Part shown: positions 45,949 through 55,226 of the stretch, one piece after another
Layout: the number at the start of each line of letters is the position of its first letter
Position numbering within the stretch: the stretch's first letter is position 1
Program-made: the position numbers and the translations under genes
Sequence record: KJ019142.1
Length of the DNA: 64,000 nucleotides
Direction: 5' to 3' (one strand)
The notes under the pieces: model-generated
What the model was told of the DNA's origin: nothing
Seen by the model: only the letters and a program-made list of their open reading frames with translations
Database searches by the model: none

Positions 45949-46577
45949 AGCAACTAATACAAAACCCAAACAACTATACAATAACCCCAGAGGGGGTTGT
46001 ATTATCTAACAAATACAAACGCCCCCTATCACTACAATATGATAGAGGGGGCAACCCCTTCTACCAGATAAAACGCCTAGGGGGTGGTAGTAGGCAACAA
46101 CTATACCAAAACAAACTACTACCCCAACACTACCCCTTCTACTGGATAAACCAGTTAGAAGAGGGTGAAGAGTGTAGGAATATAACTTATATCTACCAAC
46201 ACCCTATGCCCCCCTACAAATACTTTATAACCAACAGAGGTAGGGTTTGGAGCAACATATCTAATAGGTTTTTAGAAACCCAACACAACTATGGTAGGGG
46301 TGGATACTATGATAGAATAACCATAGATACACACTCTGTGAATACACACTGGTTGGTAGGTAGATACTTTTTAGAGAACTGGTATGCTGGTTGCTTTGTT
46401 TGCCATAGGTGTGAAACTCTACCCTACCCAAACAGAAACTACCCTACTAACCTGTGGGTAGGCAACAACAGCAGCAACCAGTTAGATAGTGAGAGCAAGC
46501 AGAGAACACTACACAGAAGAAAGAGAGTGAGTGAGTGTATGAGAGGCAACCAAAACTGGCGGGGCAAACACAAATAA
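45945..46577 (+). CDS. HNH homing endonuclease, NUMOD4/I-HmuI-like
   Basis: YFITNRGRVWS...GYY...HWLVGRYF...VCH...NYPTNLWVGNNSSN; N-terminal second YTITPEGVVLS repeat. Confidence 0.8.
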   Translation: MKQLIQNPNNYTITPEGVVLSNKYKRPLSLQYDRGGNPFYQIKRLGGGSRQQLYQNKLLPQHYPFYWINQLEEGEECRNITYIYQHPMPPYKYFITNRGRVWSNISNRFLETQHNYGRGGYYDRITIDTHSVNTHWLVGRYFLENWYAGCFVCHRCETLPYPNRNYPTNLWVGNNSSNQLDSESKQRTLHRRKRVSECMRGNQNWRGKHK

Positions 46578-46696
46578 CACACAAACTCTGTATAACTGCT
46601 CTACTACGCTTTCTAACCTAGCACTTTGTTGCTCTGGACTAACAGGGAGTTATGTGTTATAATATAAACATAAATACATATAACTTCACAAAAACT

Positions 46697-47755
46697 ATGA
46701 CTGCTTCACTTGCACCCCCAAAAAGCAACGGGGGTTGGTATGATATTTTAGAAGACTGGTTGCAGAAAGATAGGTTTGTCTTTATTGGCTGGTCTGGATT
46801 ACTACTTCTTCCCACTGCTTATCTTGCCATTGGCGGCTGGCTTACTGGCACAACTTTTGTCACGAGTTGGTACACCCATGGTCTTGCTTCTTCCTATCTT
46901 GAGGGTGCTAACTTTCTCACGGCGGCTGTCTCGACTCCTGCTGATGCTATGGGTCATTCTCTTCTTCTACTTTGGGGTCCTGAATCTCAGGGCGACTTCC
47001 AGCGGTGGCTCCAACTTGGAGGGCTTTGGTCCTTTGTTGCTCTCCACGGTGCCTTCGCTTTAATTGGATTCATGCTTCGTCAGTTTGAACTGTCACGACT
47101 CATTGGTATCCGTCCCTACAACGCTATTGCATTCAGTGGTCCTATCGCTGTATTTGTCAGTGTGTTTCTTCTATACCCACTAGGTCAATCTTCCTGGTTC
47201 TTTGCCCCCTCCTTTGGTGTGGCAGCAATCTTTAGATTCCTATTGTTTCTTCAGGGTTTCCACAACTGGACACTGAACCCCTTCCATATGATGGGAGTTG
47301 CTGGTATACTAGGTGGAGCACTACTATCTGCAATCCATGGCGTTACTGTTGAAAATACCCTATATGAAGATGGAGAACAGAATAACACCTTCACTGCGTT
47401 CGATTCCACCCAGGAGGAAGAGACCTATTCGATGGTTACTGCGAACCGCTTCTGGTCGCAAATCTTCGGGGTTGCGTTTAGTAATAAGCGTTGGCTTCAC
47501 TTCTTTATGTTGTTTGTTCCTGTCATGGGTCTTTGGGTCTCAAGTATTGGGATCATTGGGCTTGCTCTTAATCTTCGTGCTTATGATTTTGTGAGCCAAG
47601 AGATTAGAGCAGCAGAAGATCCTGAGTTTGAAACTTTCTACACAAAGAACATCCTTCTTAACGAAGGACTAAGAGCATGGATGGCACCTGTGGATCAACC
47701 ACATGAGTCATTTGTATTCCCAGAAGAAGTTCTACCTAGAGGTAACGCATTGTGA
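46697..47755 (+). CDS. psbD: photosystem II D2 protein
   Basis: [19 protein letters not shown]-like [27 protein letters not shown]; ATG 46697. Confidence 0.99.
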   Translation: MTASLAPPKSNGGWYDILEDWLQKDRFVFIGWSGLLLLPTAYLAIGGWLTGTTFVTSWYTHGLASSYLEGANFLTAAVSTPADAMGHSLLLLWGPESQGDFQRWLQLGGLWSFVALHGAFALIGFMLRQFELSRLIGIRPYNAIAFSGPIAVFVSVFLLYPLGQSSWFFAPSFGVAAIFRFLLFLQGFHNWTLNPFHMMGVAGILGGALLSAIHGVTVENTLYEDGEQNNTFTAFDSTQEEETYSMVTANRFWSQIFGVAFSNKRWLHFFMLFVPVMGLWVSSIGIIGLALNLRAYDFVSQEIRAAEDPEFETFYTKNILLNEGLRAWMAPVDQPHESFVFPEEVLPRGNAL

Positions 47756-47997
47756 TTAACGCACTCTTCACTTTTATATTTGCTGCGGTGATGTGGGTGC
47801 AAGTCCCACAGTGGCAGGATGATTGGTCTAAGTGCGCAGTAGATGTACCTGATGTTCAATGTCATTGGTATATCACAGCACCCGATAGCACCATGGGTGA
47901 AGGATTTAGTTGGGCGAATGCCCCTTGGTTCAGTGCTGAAGGTCTCCTTGATATTGGAGAACTTCACAACACAGTTCAATCACTTCAGGAGGCATGA
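47752..47997 (+). CDS. conserved cyanophage hypothetical protein
   Basis: signal-like N-terminus, [13 protein letters not shown]. Confidence 0.7.
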   Translation: MINALFTFIFAAVMWVQVPQWQDDWSKCAVDVPDVQCHWYITAPDSTMGEGFSWANAPWFSAEGLLDIGELHNTVQSLQEA

Positions 47998-48209
47998 TGA
48001 ATATATTATTTTTAGTATTATACTTCGTCTGTTTCTGTCTCATTGCAGGTGGTGCCGCAGCTATGATGTATGCAAACATACAATCTATCTGGAACACACC
48101 ACCCGCTCCACCTAAACCAATTCATCCTGAGGCACCTGTAGCAGGTGAAGAGGTTATGTATGTCGATCTAACAAGAGAAAAACTGGAAGATTTGTACCAT
48201 GAACATTGA
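47994..48209 (+). CDS. small membrane protein
   Basis: N-terminal TM, HPE...YVDL. Confidence 0.65.
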   Translation: MMNILFLVLYFVCFCLIAGGAAAMMYANIQSIWNTPPAPPKPIHPEAPVAGEEVMYVDLTREKLEDLYHEH

Positions 48210-48321
48210 ATACCTTTTAGGTTGGGTTGCTATTCTTGTTTTGTTTATAGCAACACAGAATACTGATGATGACGATGATCCAGAAGGTGGTATGATGGTT
48301 CCTTCCACTCAATCTACATAA
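48199..48321 (+). CDS. small membrane peptide with acidic tail (40 aa)
   Basis: TM then DDDDDPEGGMM; read by eye. Confidence 0.55.
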   Translation: MNIEYLLGWVAILVLFIATQNTDDDDDPEGGMMVPSTQST

Positions 48322-48330
48322 CAAAACTAC

Positions 48331-48359
48331 AAGGGGATTGCTAACAATCCTCTTTTTTT
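48331..48359 (+). terminator. intrinsic terminator
   Basis: AGGGGATTG/CAATCCTCT plus T run. Confidence 0.75.
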
Positions 48360-48443
48360 GTATCGTTATTTTGTTTGATTGTTATATATTGTGTGTATTC
48401 TCACACAAACCATATACATAGAGTGTAGAACAAGAGGAGTATT

Positions 48444-48644
48444 ATGTTATCACATAATCTTATTTCGCATAACCAATTAGAAGGTTGGCGAGAATCTTTT
48501 CAGAAGATAGATAAATCTACCAATAGAACAACAGACGAACTAAACCTAATTAATGATTACTATGATTGCTTAATAGAGTGTGATGATAACCAATCAGCAT
48601 GTAAGCGTATCTGTAAACATGTATTGACATCTCCACCAATTTAA
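48444..48644 (+). CDS. small Cys-containing hypothetical protein
   Basis: DYYDCLIECDDNQSACKRIC. Confidence 0.7.
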   Translation: MLSHNLISHNQLEGWRESFQKIDKSTNRTTDELNLINDYYDCLIECDDNQSACKRICKHVLTSPPI

Positions 48645-48656
48645 ATATGTTAGAAT

Positions 48657-48683
48657 GGAGGGTATAACAACCCTCCTTTTTTT
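48657..48683 (+). terminator. intrinsic terminator
   Basis: GGAGGGT/ACCCTCC plus T7. Confidence 0.8.
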
Positions 48684-48857
48684 ATGCGATTCGATCTTTC
48701 AATAGAGGATTATACTATCATCCTCAATGCCCTACATTACTACAAAAAGAAGACAGTAGAGAAGCGGGGCAACTTCAAACAGTATAGCGAGGAGCGAGTC
48801 AACGATCTTAGGGACCGAATGGCCCACCAAATCGTCTGGGAACAGGGTGAAGAGTAG
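48684..48857 (+). CDS. small hypothetical protein (57 aa)
   Basis: read by eye. Confidence 0.5.
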   Translation: MRFDLSIEDYTIILNALHYYKKKTVEKRGNFKQYSEERVNDLRDRMAHQIVWEQGEE

Positions 48858-48972
48858 CAAATACCACCGTTTTCAGGAACCTCTCACCAAACCTTTGGGA
48901 TACACTATGGAAAAACGGGTTGTTGATCGCCTATAATAAGGGGGTAGAACACAACTGGAGAGAAAATCCACT

Positions 48973-49356
48973 ATGAAAATCCAACAATCAATGCTTCGTC
49001 GTCTCGCCGCTAAGAAGGGGAAGAAGCAGAACGGATTCACACTAATTGAACTGATGGTGGTTGTTGCTATCGTTGGTGTATTGTCGGCTGTTGGTCTCCC
49101 TCAGCTATTGAAAGCACAAGACCGAGCAAAGATCTCAGTAGCACAACAGGAAGCAGTCAACTACGCTAAAGAGTGTTCTATCTCCATCCTTACAGGTGGT
49201 GATGGTCCTGTCGTTGCTAACTTTTCAACAGTTCCTGCCGACCAAACCTGTGCCGCTGGTACTGATGTAACCGCTTTATCTGATACTGAGACAGTAGTAA
49301 CCTGGACAGTAGAAATGGAAGGCGGCATCCCTGGCGTTCCTTCTTCCGATGAGTGA
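48973..49356 (+). CDS. pilA: type IV pilin (PilA-like)
   Basis: basic leader then G|FTLIELMVVVAIVGVLSAVGLP with Glu+5; two Cys. Confidence 0.92.
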   Translation: MKIQQSMLRRLAAKKGKKQNGFTLIELMVVVAIVGVLSAVGLPQLLKAQDRAKISVAQQEAVNYAKECSISILTGGDGPVVANFSTVPADQTCAAGTDVTALSDTETVVTWTVEMEGGIPGVPSSDE

Positions 49357-49362
49357 TCTATT

Positions 49363-49926
49363 ATGAACCTAATGTCCACCATGGTGGGACTTAGCATCAT
49401 GGGGGCTTCTGCCCCCGCTATGATGAAAATGTCCATGGCACCATATGAAGCACAACTAAGAGCACAAAACCTAGGTGTAGCCGAAACTGCTGCTGTAGTA
49501 TTCGCCGCTACTTACGAAGGTAAGCTCGAACTCCCAGAAGATACAGACACCTGTGTATCAAAACTACGTGAAGGTACTGCAAACGCTTTTAGCGTTACCT
49601 GTACTGAAGGTGATGGTAGGTATGTTCAGTCTGTAACTCGTGCATTCCGTCTAGCTGTTCCCGATGAAGGACTAGACGGTGGTAATGCAACTGATACAAG
49701 CAGAGAGTTTGCATTTGAAACTCCTACTCGTTTCTCAGGACACCAATGTCCTGGTTATGATTCCTGGGGAGTCAACGGTTACAATGACAAAAACTACTCT
49801 GCCTTAGGTGGAGCTTGTATTCCTAACGATGGATGGAATCAAACTAATTATCAGTTCTCTGATCCAGACGCTTGGCTTTATGACATCAACAACCGTAATG
49901 GTTGGGGAGCACATCCTGACTACTAA
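49363..49926 (+). CDS. pilin-like / minor pilin candidate
   Basis: N-terminal hydrophobic helix with Pro (LMSTMVGLSIMGASAP), four Cys, directly after pilA. Confidence 0.55.
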   Translation: MNLMSTMVGLSIMGASAPAMMKMSMAPYEAQLRAQNLGVAETAAVVFAATYEGKLELPEDTDTCVSKLREGTANAFSVTCTEGDGRYVQSVTRAFRLAVPDEGLDGGNATDTSREFAFETPTRFSGHQCPGYDSWGVNGYNDKNYSALGGACIPNDGWNQTNYQFSDPDAWLYDINNRNGWGAHPDY

Positions 49927-50108
49927 TGATTGAGTTACTCGCATCTAGCATTATCATTTACGGTAATGCCAACGGGGTGTGGTCTCCCTCACATCCCGAT
50001 ATTTATCCTTATTCAGAACCACCTACACGAGTAGAAAAACCTGAAACTCCAAAAACATCTACGACTAGCGGAAATGGAGATATCATTTTCCCTCAACTAT
50101 TAGAATAA
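49926..50108 (+). CDS. small hypothetical protein
   Basis: coupled to previous gene, followed by terminator. Confidence 0.55.
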   Translation: MIELLASSIIIYGNANGVWSPSHPDIYPYSEPPTRVEKPETPKTSTTSGNGDIIFPQLLE

Positions 50109-50130
50109 CTAAAACTAGGAAACACACACA

Positions 50131-50152
50131 GGAGGGCAACCCTCCTTTTTTT
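50131..50152 (+). terminator. intrinsic terminator
   Basis: GGAGGG-CAA-CCCTCC plus T7. Confidence 0.8.
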
Positions 50153-50185
50153 GTGCTATAATTACTAGTGAGTTGTGAGACTACT

Positions 50186-50467
50186 ATGGATGAAAGAATA
50201 AGAACTTTATATGTCTTTCAGTCGGATGATCGTCTCATAACTCATGACGGGCATGTTCAACTAGGTTGTCACAACATGACTATGGAAGAGTTTATGTCTT
50301 TCGATAGGGAGAATATCCGATACATCGAAACCTACTGGTTGCCTGATGTATTTGGAAATAGGTATAAGCGTTCTAACTTCCAAGCACACCAGAGGGTATC
50401 TGGGGAGAAGGGTGTATTAGAACTATCTAATAACCAACCAGGAAACAGACTTGATAGGTCTGTATAA
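50186..50467 (+). CDS. hypothetical protein
   Basis: ATG 50186 after TGCTATAAT. Confidence 0.65.
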   Translation: MDERIRTLYVFQSDDRLITHDGHVQLGCHNMTMEEFMSFDRENIRYIETYWLPDVFGNRYKRSNFQAHQRVSGEKGVLELSNNQPGNRLDRSV

Positions 50468-50495
50468 GGCACCTATATACACAAAAAGGATTCCT

Positions 50496-50705
50496 ATGGG
50501 ACCTATAATTGTATTTGCTTGTTTTCTACCTATAGTTGCTATATTCATTGTAATAAAACTAGCTGTTTGGGTAGAAGCTGTTAACTCCGAAACAAACTAT
50601 GTCAGAGAAGAACCTTCAAGACAACGAGGACCTTGGGTGGAAAACCCATATGAGGATATTGATGTTGAGGAAGAGGAGTATGGAGATCGCACAGACTATC
50701 GATGA
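50496..50705 (+). CDS. small membrane protein
   Basis: TM followed by acidic tail. Confidence 0.65.
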   Translation: MGPIIVFACFLPIVAIFIVIKLAVWVEAVNSETNYVREEPSRQRGPWVENPYEDIDVEEEEYGDRTDYR

Positions 50706-50832
50706 AGCGATTAACGACTATTATTCGCTTCATGGACTCCCTGTTCCCGATTGGAAACTGAAAAAGAATCCAGACTGGTGGATTGAATACTTACTTTCTC
50801 TTGGATTAACTGATAACAATGAACCCCTTTAA
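50680..50832 (+). CDS. small hypothetical protein
   Basis: RBS GAGGAG; PVPDWK...WW.EYL. Confidence 0.6.
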   Translation: MEIAQTIDEAINDYYSLHGLPVPDWKLKKNPDWWIEYLLSLGLTDNNEPL

Positions 50833-50991
50833 GATACTCGGACCTTTCCTAAACCTATTGGTGGTGTATAGTCTATGGTATTCTGACTTATACAGTAGGA
50901 ATCGATACTACGCATATGGTATTGTATTACTACACATTCTCGTACTGGCATCAATTCCAACCATACCCGCAATTCTATATTGGTATTAATT

Positions 50992-51642
50992 ATGAAGATC
51001 TTTTTAGACACTGCTGACTTGAATGAGATCAGAGAAGCATCATCCACTGGTTTGATTGATGGGGTGACTACCAACCCAACACTCATTCTAAAGAGTGGTA
51101 ATGACCTATACTCCACTGCAAAACTATTACAACTAGAATACCCCACATTTGAGAGTATCTCCACTGAGGTGGTTGCAGACACCGCAGAGGAGATGGTAGA
51201 GCAGGCACGTCAGTATCTTAATATTGGATCTGCAATCACTGTTAAGGTTCCTTGTACTGTAGAGGGTCTTAAGGCGTGTAGAACACTCTCAGAGGAGGGT
51301 GTGAAGACCAATGTGACCCTTGTGTTCTCTGTATCCCAGGCTATCCTGGCAGCTAAGTCAGGAGCCACCTATGTGTCTCCCTTTGTTGGTAGGGTGAATG
51401 ATAACTCCTTCAGTGGAGTTGCACTTATCCAAGCTATCTCAGAGACCTTCTCCCTACACAGGGTGAAGACAGAGGTATTGGCAGCTTCAGTTCGTGAAGC
51501 AAACCAAGTAGGACGTTGTTTTGCAGCTGGTGCTGACATTTGCACCATCCCAACCAAAGTATTCTGGAAGATGTACGAGCACATTCTCACAGAGAAAGGT
51601 TTAGAACTCTTCCAAAAGGACTGGGAGAACTCAGTACGATAA
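50992..51642 (+). CDS. talC: transaldolase, TalC/FSA type
   Basis: FLDTAD, GVTTNPTL, VKVP, NVTLVFS, YVSPFVGR, LAASVR. Confidence 0.97.
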   Translation: MKIFLDTADLNEIREASSTGLIDGVTTNPTLILKSGNDLYSTAKLLQLEYPTFESISTEVVADTAEEMVEQARQYLNIGSAITVKVPCTVEGLKACRTLSEEGVKTNVTLVFSVSQAILAAKSGATYVSPFVGRVNDNSFSGVALIQAISETFSLHRVKTEVLAASVREANQVGRCFAAGADICTIPTKVFWKMYEHILTEKGLELFQKDWENSVR

Positions 51643-51705
51643 AGTGTGAATATCCACACTTTAAGTATTATATAAATATTAAAGAATACATATTTCTTTG
51701 CATAA

Positions 51706-51912
51706 ATGAAACGTCCAGCCTTTTATTTGGTTGCGAGTGTTGTTATTGTTCAGATGTTAATGGCGGCGGGGGTATTATTTGGTTGTTTTGCACGACCGGA
51801 TCCCCGTTGTACCGGAGATAAGGCATCTGATTTACTGAATAATATTATTGTACAAACTTTCGCACTCTATGCGGCTGAGAAAGTTTCCCATAAAGATGAT
51901 AAACAAGTATAG
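51706..51912 (+). CDS. small membrane protein
   Basis: late promoter at 51671. Confidence 0.65.
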   Translation: MKRPAFYLVASVVIVQMLMAAGVLFGCFARPDPRCTGDKASDLLNNIIVQTFALYAAEKVSHKDDKQV

Positions 51913-51951
51913 TGTGGTAGAATAGGGGAGAACACCTCCACCTATTTTTTT

Positions 51952-52440
51952 ATGCCTATCAATAAAGAGTATTATGATAAATGGTATGGGATATGGAGTT
52001 CCCAATCAGAAGATGTATTGGAAGTTACTGCCTTAGTTAGAGCTATTGAATGTACTAATGGGTGTATTCAGTGGGCGTTTAGGGACGATGATGACAGGTC
52101 ACTACCCATTGAGAAGACCAGAGAGGCTATGAAACTCTCCATGGGTGTGATGAAGAATAAGGTTTTACCATTCCCTGATGGTGGGAAGTTTGTTATCCCA
52201 GAGGATGTAGTTCCCCTCATGGATAAGTCCAGAGATATTTACATTAGAGGATTCAAACAAGGTGATGAGGATGCCTACCAAGAGTTTATGGCACTATCCA
52301 AGTCACACTTTGTTGTAATGGGTAGAGAGAGGATGGATAGAAACTTCCAGAAGGTGAAGGATCATTTCATAGATGTGTTTAGTGACTACTGGATTGAGAT
52401 GGGTAGGGGATATGTTTATGCCCTTGGGGAGTATGTATAA
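51952..52440 (+). CDS. hypothetical protein
   Basis: 162 aa ORF. Confidence 0.75.
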   Translation: MPINKEYYDKWYGIWSSQSEDVLEVTALVRAIECTNGCIQWAFRDDDDRSLPIEKTREAMKLSMGVMKNKVLPFPDGGKFVIPEDVVPLMDKSRDIYIRGFKQGDEDAYQEFMALSKSHFVVMGRERMDRNFQKVKDHFIDVFSDYWIEMGRGYVYALGEYV

Positions 52441-52464
52441 ATATCTGGTATCGCTTCTCCTCCA

Positions 52465-52656
52465 ATGGACGAAAATAGTGCATCACGTATTTTAGATTCA
52501 GCAGGAAAAGGTGGGCATGTTAATCCTACCGCCCTGGCTGTTACCATACGTGCCGCAGTGAAGGAATGTCTAGACCATAATGGTATGGTTAGTATGTCAT
52601 CCCTCTACGAACTCAGTTGTCAGTTGGAAAAGAAGGGAAAAGAGTGGTATGATTAG
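52465..52656 (+). CDS. hypothetical protein
   Basis: 63 aa ORF. Confidence 0.55.
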   Translation: MDENSASRILDSAGKGGHVNPTALAVTIRAAVKECLDHNGMVSMSSLYELSCQLEKKGKEWYD

Positions 52657-52676
52657 TAAACTTATTTGGTGATGTC

Positions 52677-52877
52677 ATGAGTGAAAAACTTTGGGTGAAG
52701 ATGGCGGAAGTATTCTACAATAAGGATGCCGAGACCGCAGAGCGAATGGGAGTTGAGAACTTCTTCAATAAAGCAGCATCTAGAATGATTGCAGTTGTTG
52801 CTGAGAGTATTGATGGGGAGGAGAGACTATACCTAGAAGAGCAATCCAAAATAGCAGAGGCTGAGCAACGAGTATGA
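52677..52877 (+). CDS. hypothetical protein
   Basis: 66 aa ORF. Confidence 0.6.
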   Translation: MSEKLWVKMAEVFYNKDAETAERMGVENFFNKAASRMIAVVAESIDGEERLYLEEQSKIAEAEQRV

Positions 52878-53101
52878 ACACTTACTATGTGATAGTATAC
52901 ACACTAGTATTCTTTGTTGGTGTGTGTATTATTGAACCCAACCTACTCAAGTGGATAGAACTCCAGTTTAAGTGGGCAGGTATAAACGTTAGAAGAGCTA
53001 TACTTATCGTTCAATTTCATCCACGTAACTTTGTTACCAACTGGATAATTCGTAGGAAGTTTCAGAAGATTATCAGAGAACATAGTCAACCTAAAGAGTA
53101 G
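52874..53101 (+). CDS. small membrane protein
   Basis: N-terminal TM, coupled. Confidence 0.6.
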   Translation: MNTYYVIVYTLVFFVGVCIIEPNLLKWIELQFKWAGINVRRAILIVQFHPRNFVTNWIIRRKFQKIIREHSQPKE

Positions 53102-53110
53102 GAGTTAGTT

Positions 53111-53287
53111 GTGATTGAGACTTTGGCATTTGTTTTCCTTTCATGCCAAGATGCACGTCAGGTTGCAGATCGTGCAATGAATACTGAGAGTATTACCAAA
53201 GAAGTAGCCATAGAAGTTATTATTGAACTTGATATAGCTTCTGGCGGCAAATGTAACTTACCTGGAATAACTGATGGGCATGTTTGA
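53111..53287 (+). CDS. small hypothetical protein (58 aa)
   Basis: GTG start after GGAG; read by eye. Confidence 0.45.
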   Translation: MIETLAFVFLSCQDARQVADRAMNTESITKEVAIEVIIELDIASGGKCNLPGITDGHV

Positions 53288-53663
53288 TACTATAAGATGC
53301 TCCTATGATATTGGAGAACTCACTGATGTAGAATGTCAGTCTAAGAATATAGATGATTGGGGAGGCACTATGTCTTTCTATTGGGTAGATCCTAATGGGA
53401 GGTTGTGGTCTCCCAGTTATGCTGGAACCTATGACTTTGTTCCTGAAGAGGGACCCTTCCCTGAGCTCGGAAAGGGGAAGCTTAGTCATGTACAATATTT
53501 GGGTACTACACCTAATGGAACTCATGGGAAGTATCAGTTCGTATCTATGACAAGATGTATAGAGATATATGATACAAAAACACATGCAGATGGGTATGTA
53601 GAGTTTGTGACATGTTATTTGTCATTCTACCAAGGACTACTGAGAGATTACTTTTATAAATAA
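53274..53663 (+). CDS. hypothetical protein
   Basis: MGMFDTIRCSY start, 129 aa. Confidence 0.75.
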   Translation: MGMFDTIRCSYDIGELTDVECQSKNIDDWGGTMSFYWVDPNGRLWSPSYAGTYDFVPEEGPFPELGKGKLSHVQYLGTTPNGTHGKYQFVSMTRCIEIYDTKTHADGYVEFVTCYLSFYQGLLRDYFYK

Positions 53664-53688
53664 GTCCATACAGAGTTGTTTTTAACCA

Positions 53689-55226
53689 ATGGATCTCCAA
53701 TCATATATCCAACTTAAAGAGGCGTACACCAACGTCCACTCCCCAAAGGTAGAAGTCACTAGAGAAGAAGTTGATTCTTTCATTGATGCCTTATTGGAAG
53801 AAGGATACGATCTAAGTGAGTTTACTTGGGAAGAAGTCCGTGATGCTTACCTAGAAGAGGGTATTGCTAATAATCCTCGTTATGGAGTTATTGGTCAAGG
53901 TGCAAGACTTCTTCAGAAAGGTTTTGGTAACAAACAACAGGGAGATGCTGCTAGGGATTATGAGACATCTGTAAATAATATTAATAGTCGTAGAAATCAA
54001 AATTCTAGTACATCAACTGCAACTGCTAACGAGATTGCAGCAGAAACCAAAGGTAGGAAAGCTCAGACAGGTGGTGGATCTAGTTCTAGTGGATCTAGTT
54101 CTAGTGGATCAGGTGGATCAGGTGGATCAAGTCTCTCTGATTCTGTTGCTAGAAAACAGAAAGAGGCTGATGCCAAACGCGCAAGACAAAGGGAGACTGG
54201 TGGAACTGGAGCCACCGACAATAAGCCCGCTGGTGGTTCTGGTGGCTCCGGTGGCTCCGGTGGCTCCGGTGGTTCTGGTGGCTCCGGTGGCTCCGGTGGG
54301 GTGGCTCCGGTGGCTCCGGTGGTTCTGGTGGATCCGGTGGCGGCAGTAATAGACCAGTAGCAAAGGCTAAGCCAGTACAGACAGCACAACAGAAGGCAGA
54401 CTCTTCTACTAACGCACAGTATGACAAGTTGAGGAAGTCTGATCCAGCTGCCGCTAAGAAGTTTGGTATGGCTGCATCACAGAAGAAGTTTGGTAATCAA
54501 CTAAAGCCAAAGACTCCAAATCCATTGATGAGGGGTATGAATACTGCTTCTACTAAGCCAGCAACTACTCCCAAACCAGCAACTACTCCTAAGCCAACAA
54601 CTCCAGTAGCAGACTCATCTCCTGTTAGGGCAATGAGTAAGACTACCCCCACACCAGCTGCCTCCAAGCCAAAGGCAACACCTATCAAGTCAAGTCGCCT
54701 AAACAAGGCACTATCCAGTGTTGGTGAAGCAGTGGAATTTGATTCCTTTGATATCATCCTAGAATACCTAGTTGATTCTGGTTTCCCACAACAGGAAGCT
54801 CTCGTCATCATGGCGGAAATGCCTGAAGAGAAGCGCGAAGAGATTCTCGAAGCTATGAAGCATCGTGACGCCAAGACTGGTGAAGTCACAGACAAGCCTG
54901 AAATTGGCAAGACATACTACCCCCATGGTGAGCGTCAGAAGTCTTCTGTAGCTCTTCGCAAAGAGAAGGAGAGGGCAGATGCTAAAAAGAAATCAGTGAA
55001 GGAGGATAGAGCTTCCCTCGCAGATGCCTATCGGGCAGTTTATTCTGAGGAAGCTTCCGATACTAAAAAGGATAAGCACCTAGAGCGTGGTGGTCACTCT
55101 GCTAAGACTGACTATAGTAAGCCACCTTCTACTGGTAACACCTTCGGTAAGAAGCCATCTATGAGTGAGGAAGATCGTAGTGAGGCTATGGCTAAGATTG
55201 TGGCTAGAATGAAAGGTAAGAAATAA
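53689..55226 (+). CDS. late Gly/Ser-repeat protein, split into two ORFs (53689-54360, 54429-55226) by a frameshift
   Basis: late promoter 53655; reading resumes in the 54429 frame from 54300. Confidence 0.75.
54232..54344 (+). repeat. 9-bp tandem repeat GGTGG(C/T/A)TC(C/T) encoding GGS, with one 5-nt partial unit
   Basis: 7 full units 54232-54294, GGTGG at 54295-54299, then 4 more units. Confidence 0.9.

Larger units (their letters stand above)
45414..46735 (+). mobile_element. homing-endonuclease cassette inserted at the psbD 5' end
   Basis: flanked by the psbD stub and the intact psbD; distinct composition; carries an HNH gene and promoters. Confidence 0.65.

Noticed and set aside
45414-46735. 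Cassette as a self-splicing group I intron joining the psbD stub to downstream psbD
   Set aside because: No junction gives both a 5' exon ending in U and an intron ending in G in frame; no convincing ordered P7 (GACUA/UAGUC) pair; downstream psbD has its own ATG and promoters. RT-PCR would settle it
48444-48644. CP12
   Set aside because: Cys-containing but lacks the AWD.VEEL core and the C-terminal CP12 Cys spacing
54232-54344. CRISPR-like array
   Set aside because: Contiguous 9-bp coding repeats with no spacers
54035-54427. Pro-rich and HRSH-repeat ORFs (54035+, 54063-, 54127-, 54149-)
   Set aside because: Shadow frames of the GGS repeat
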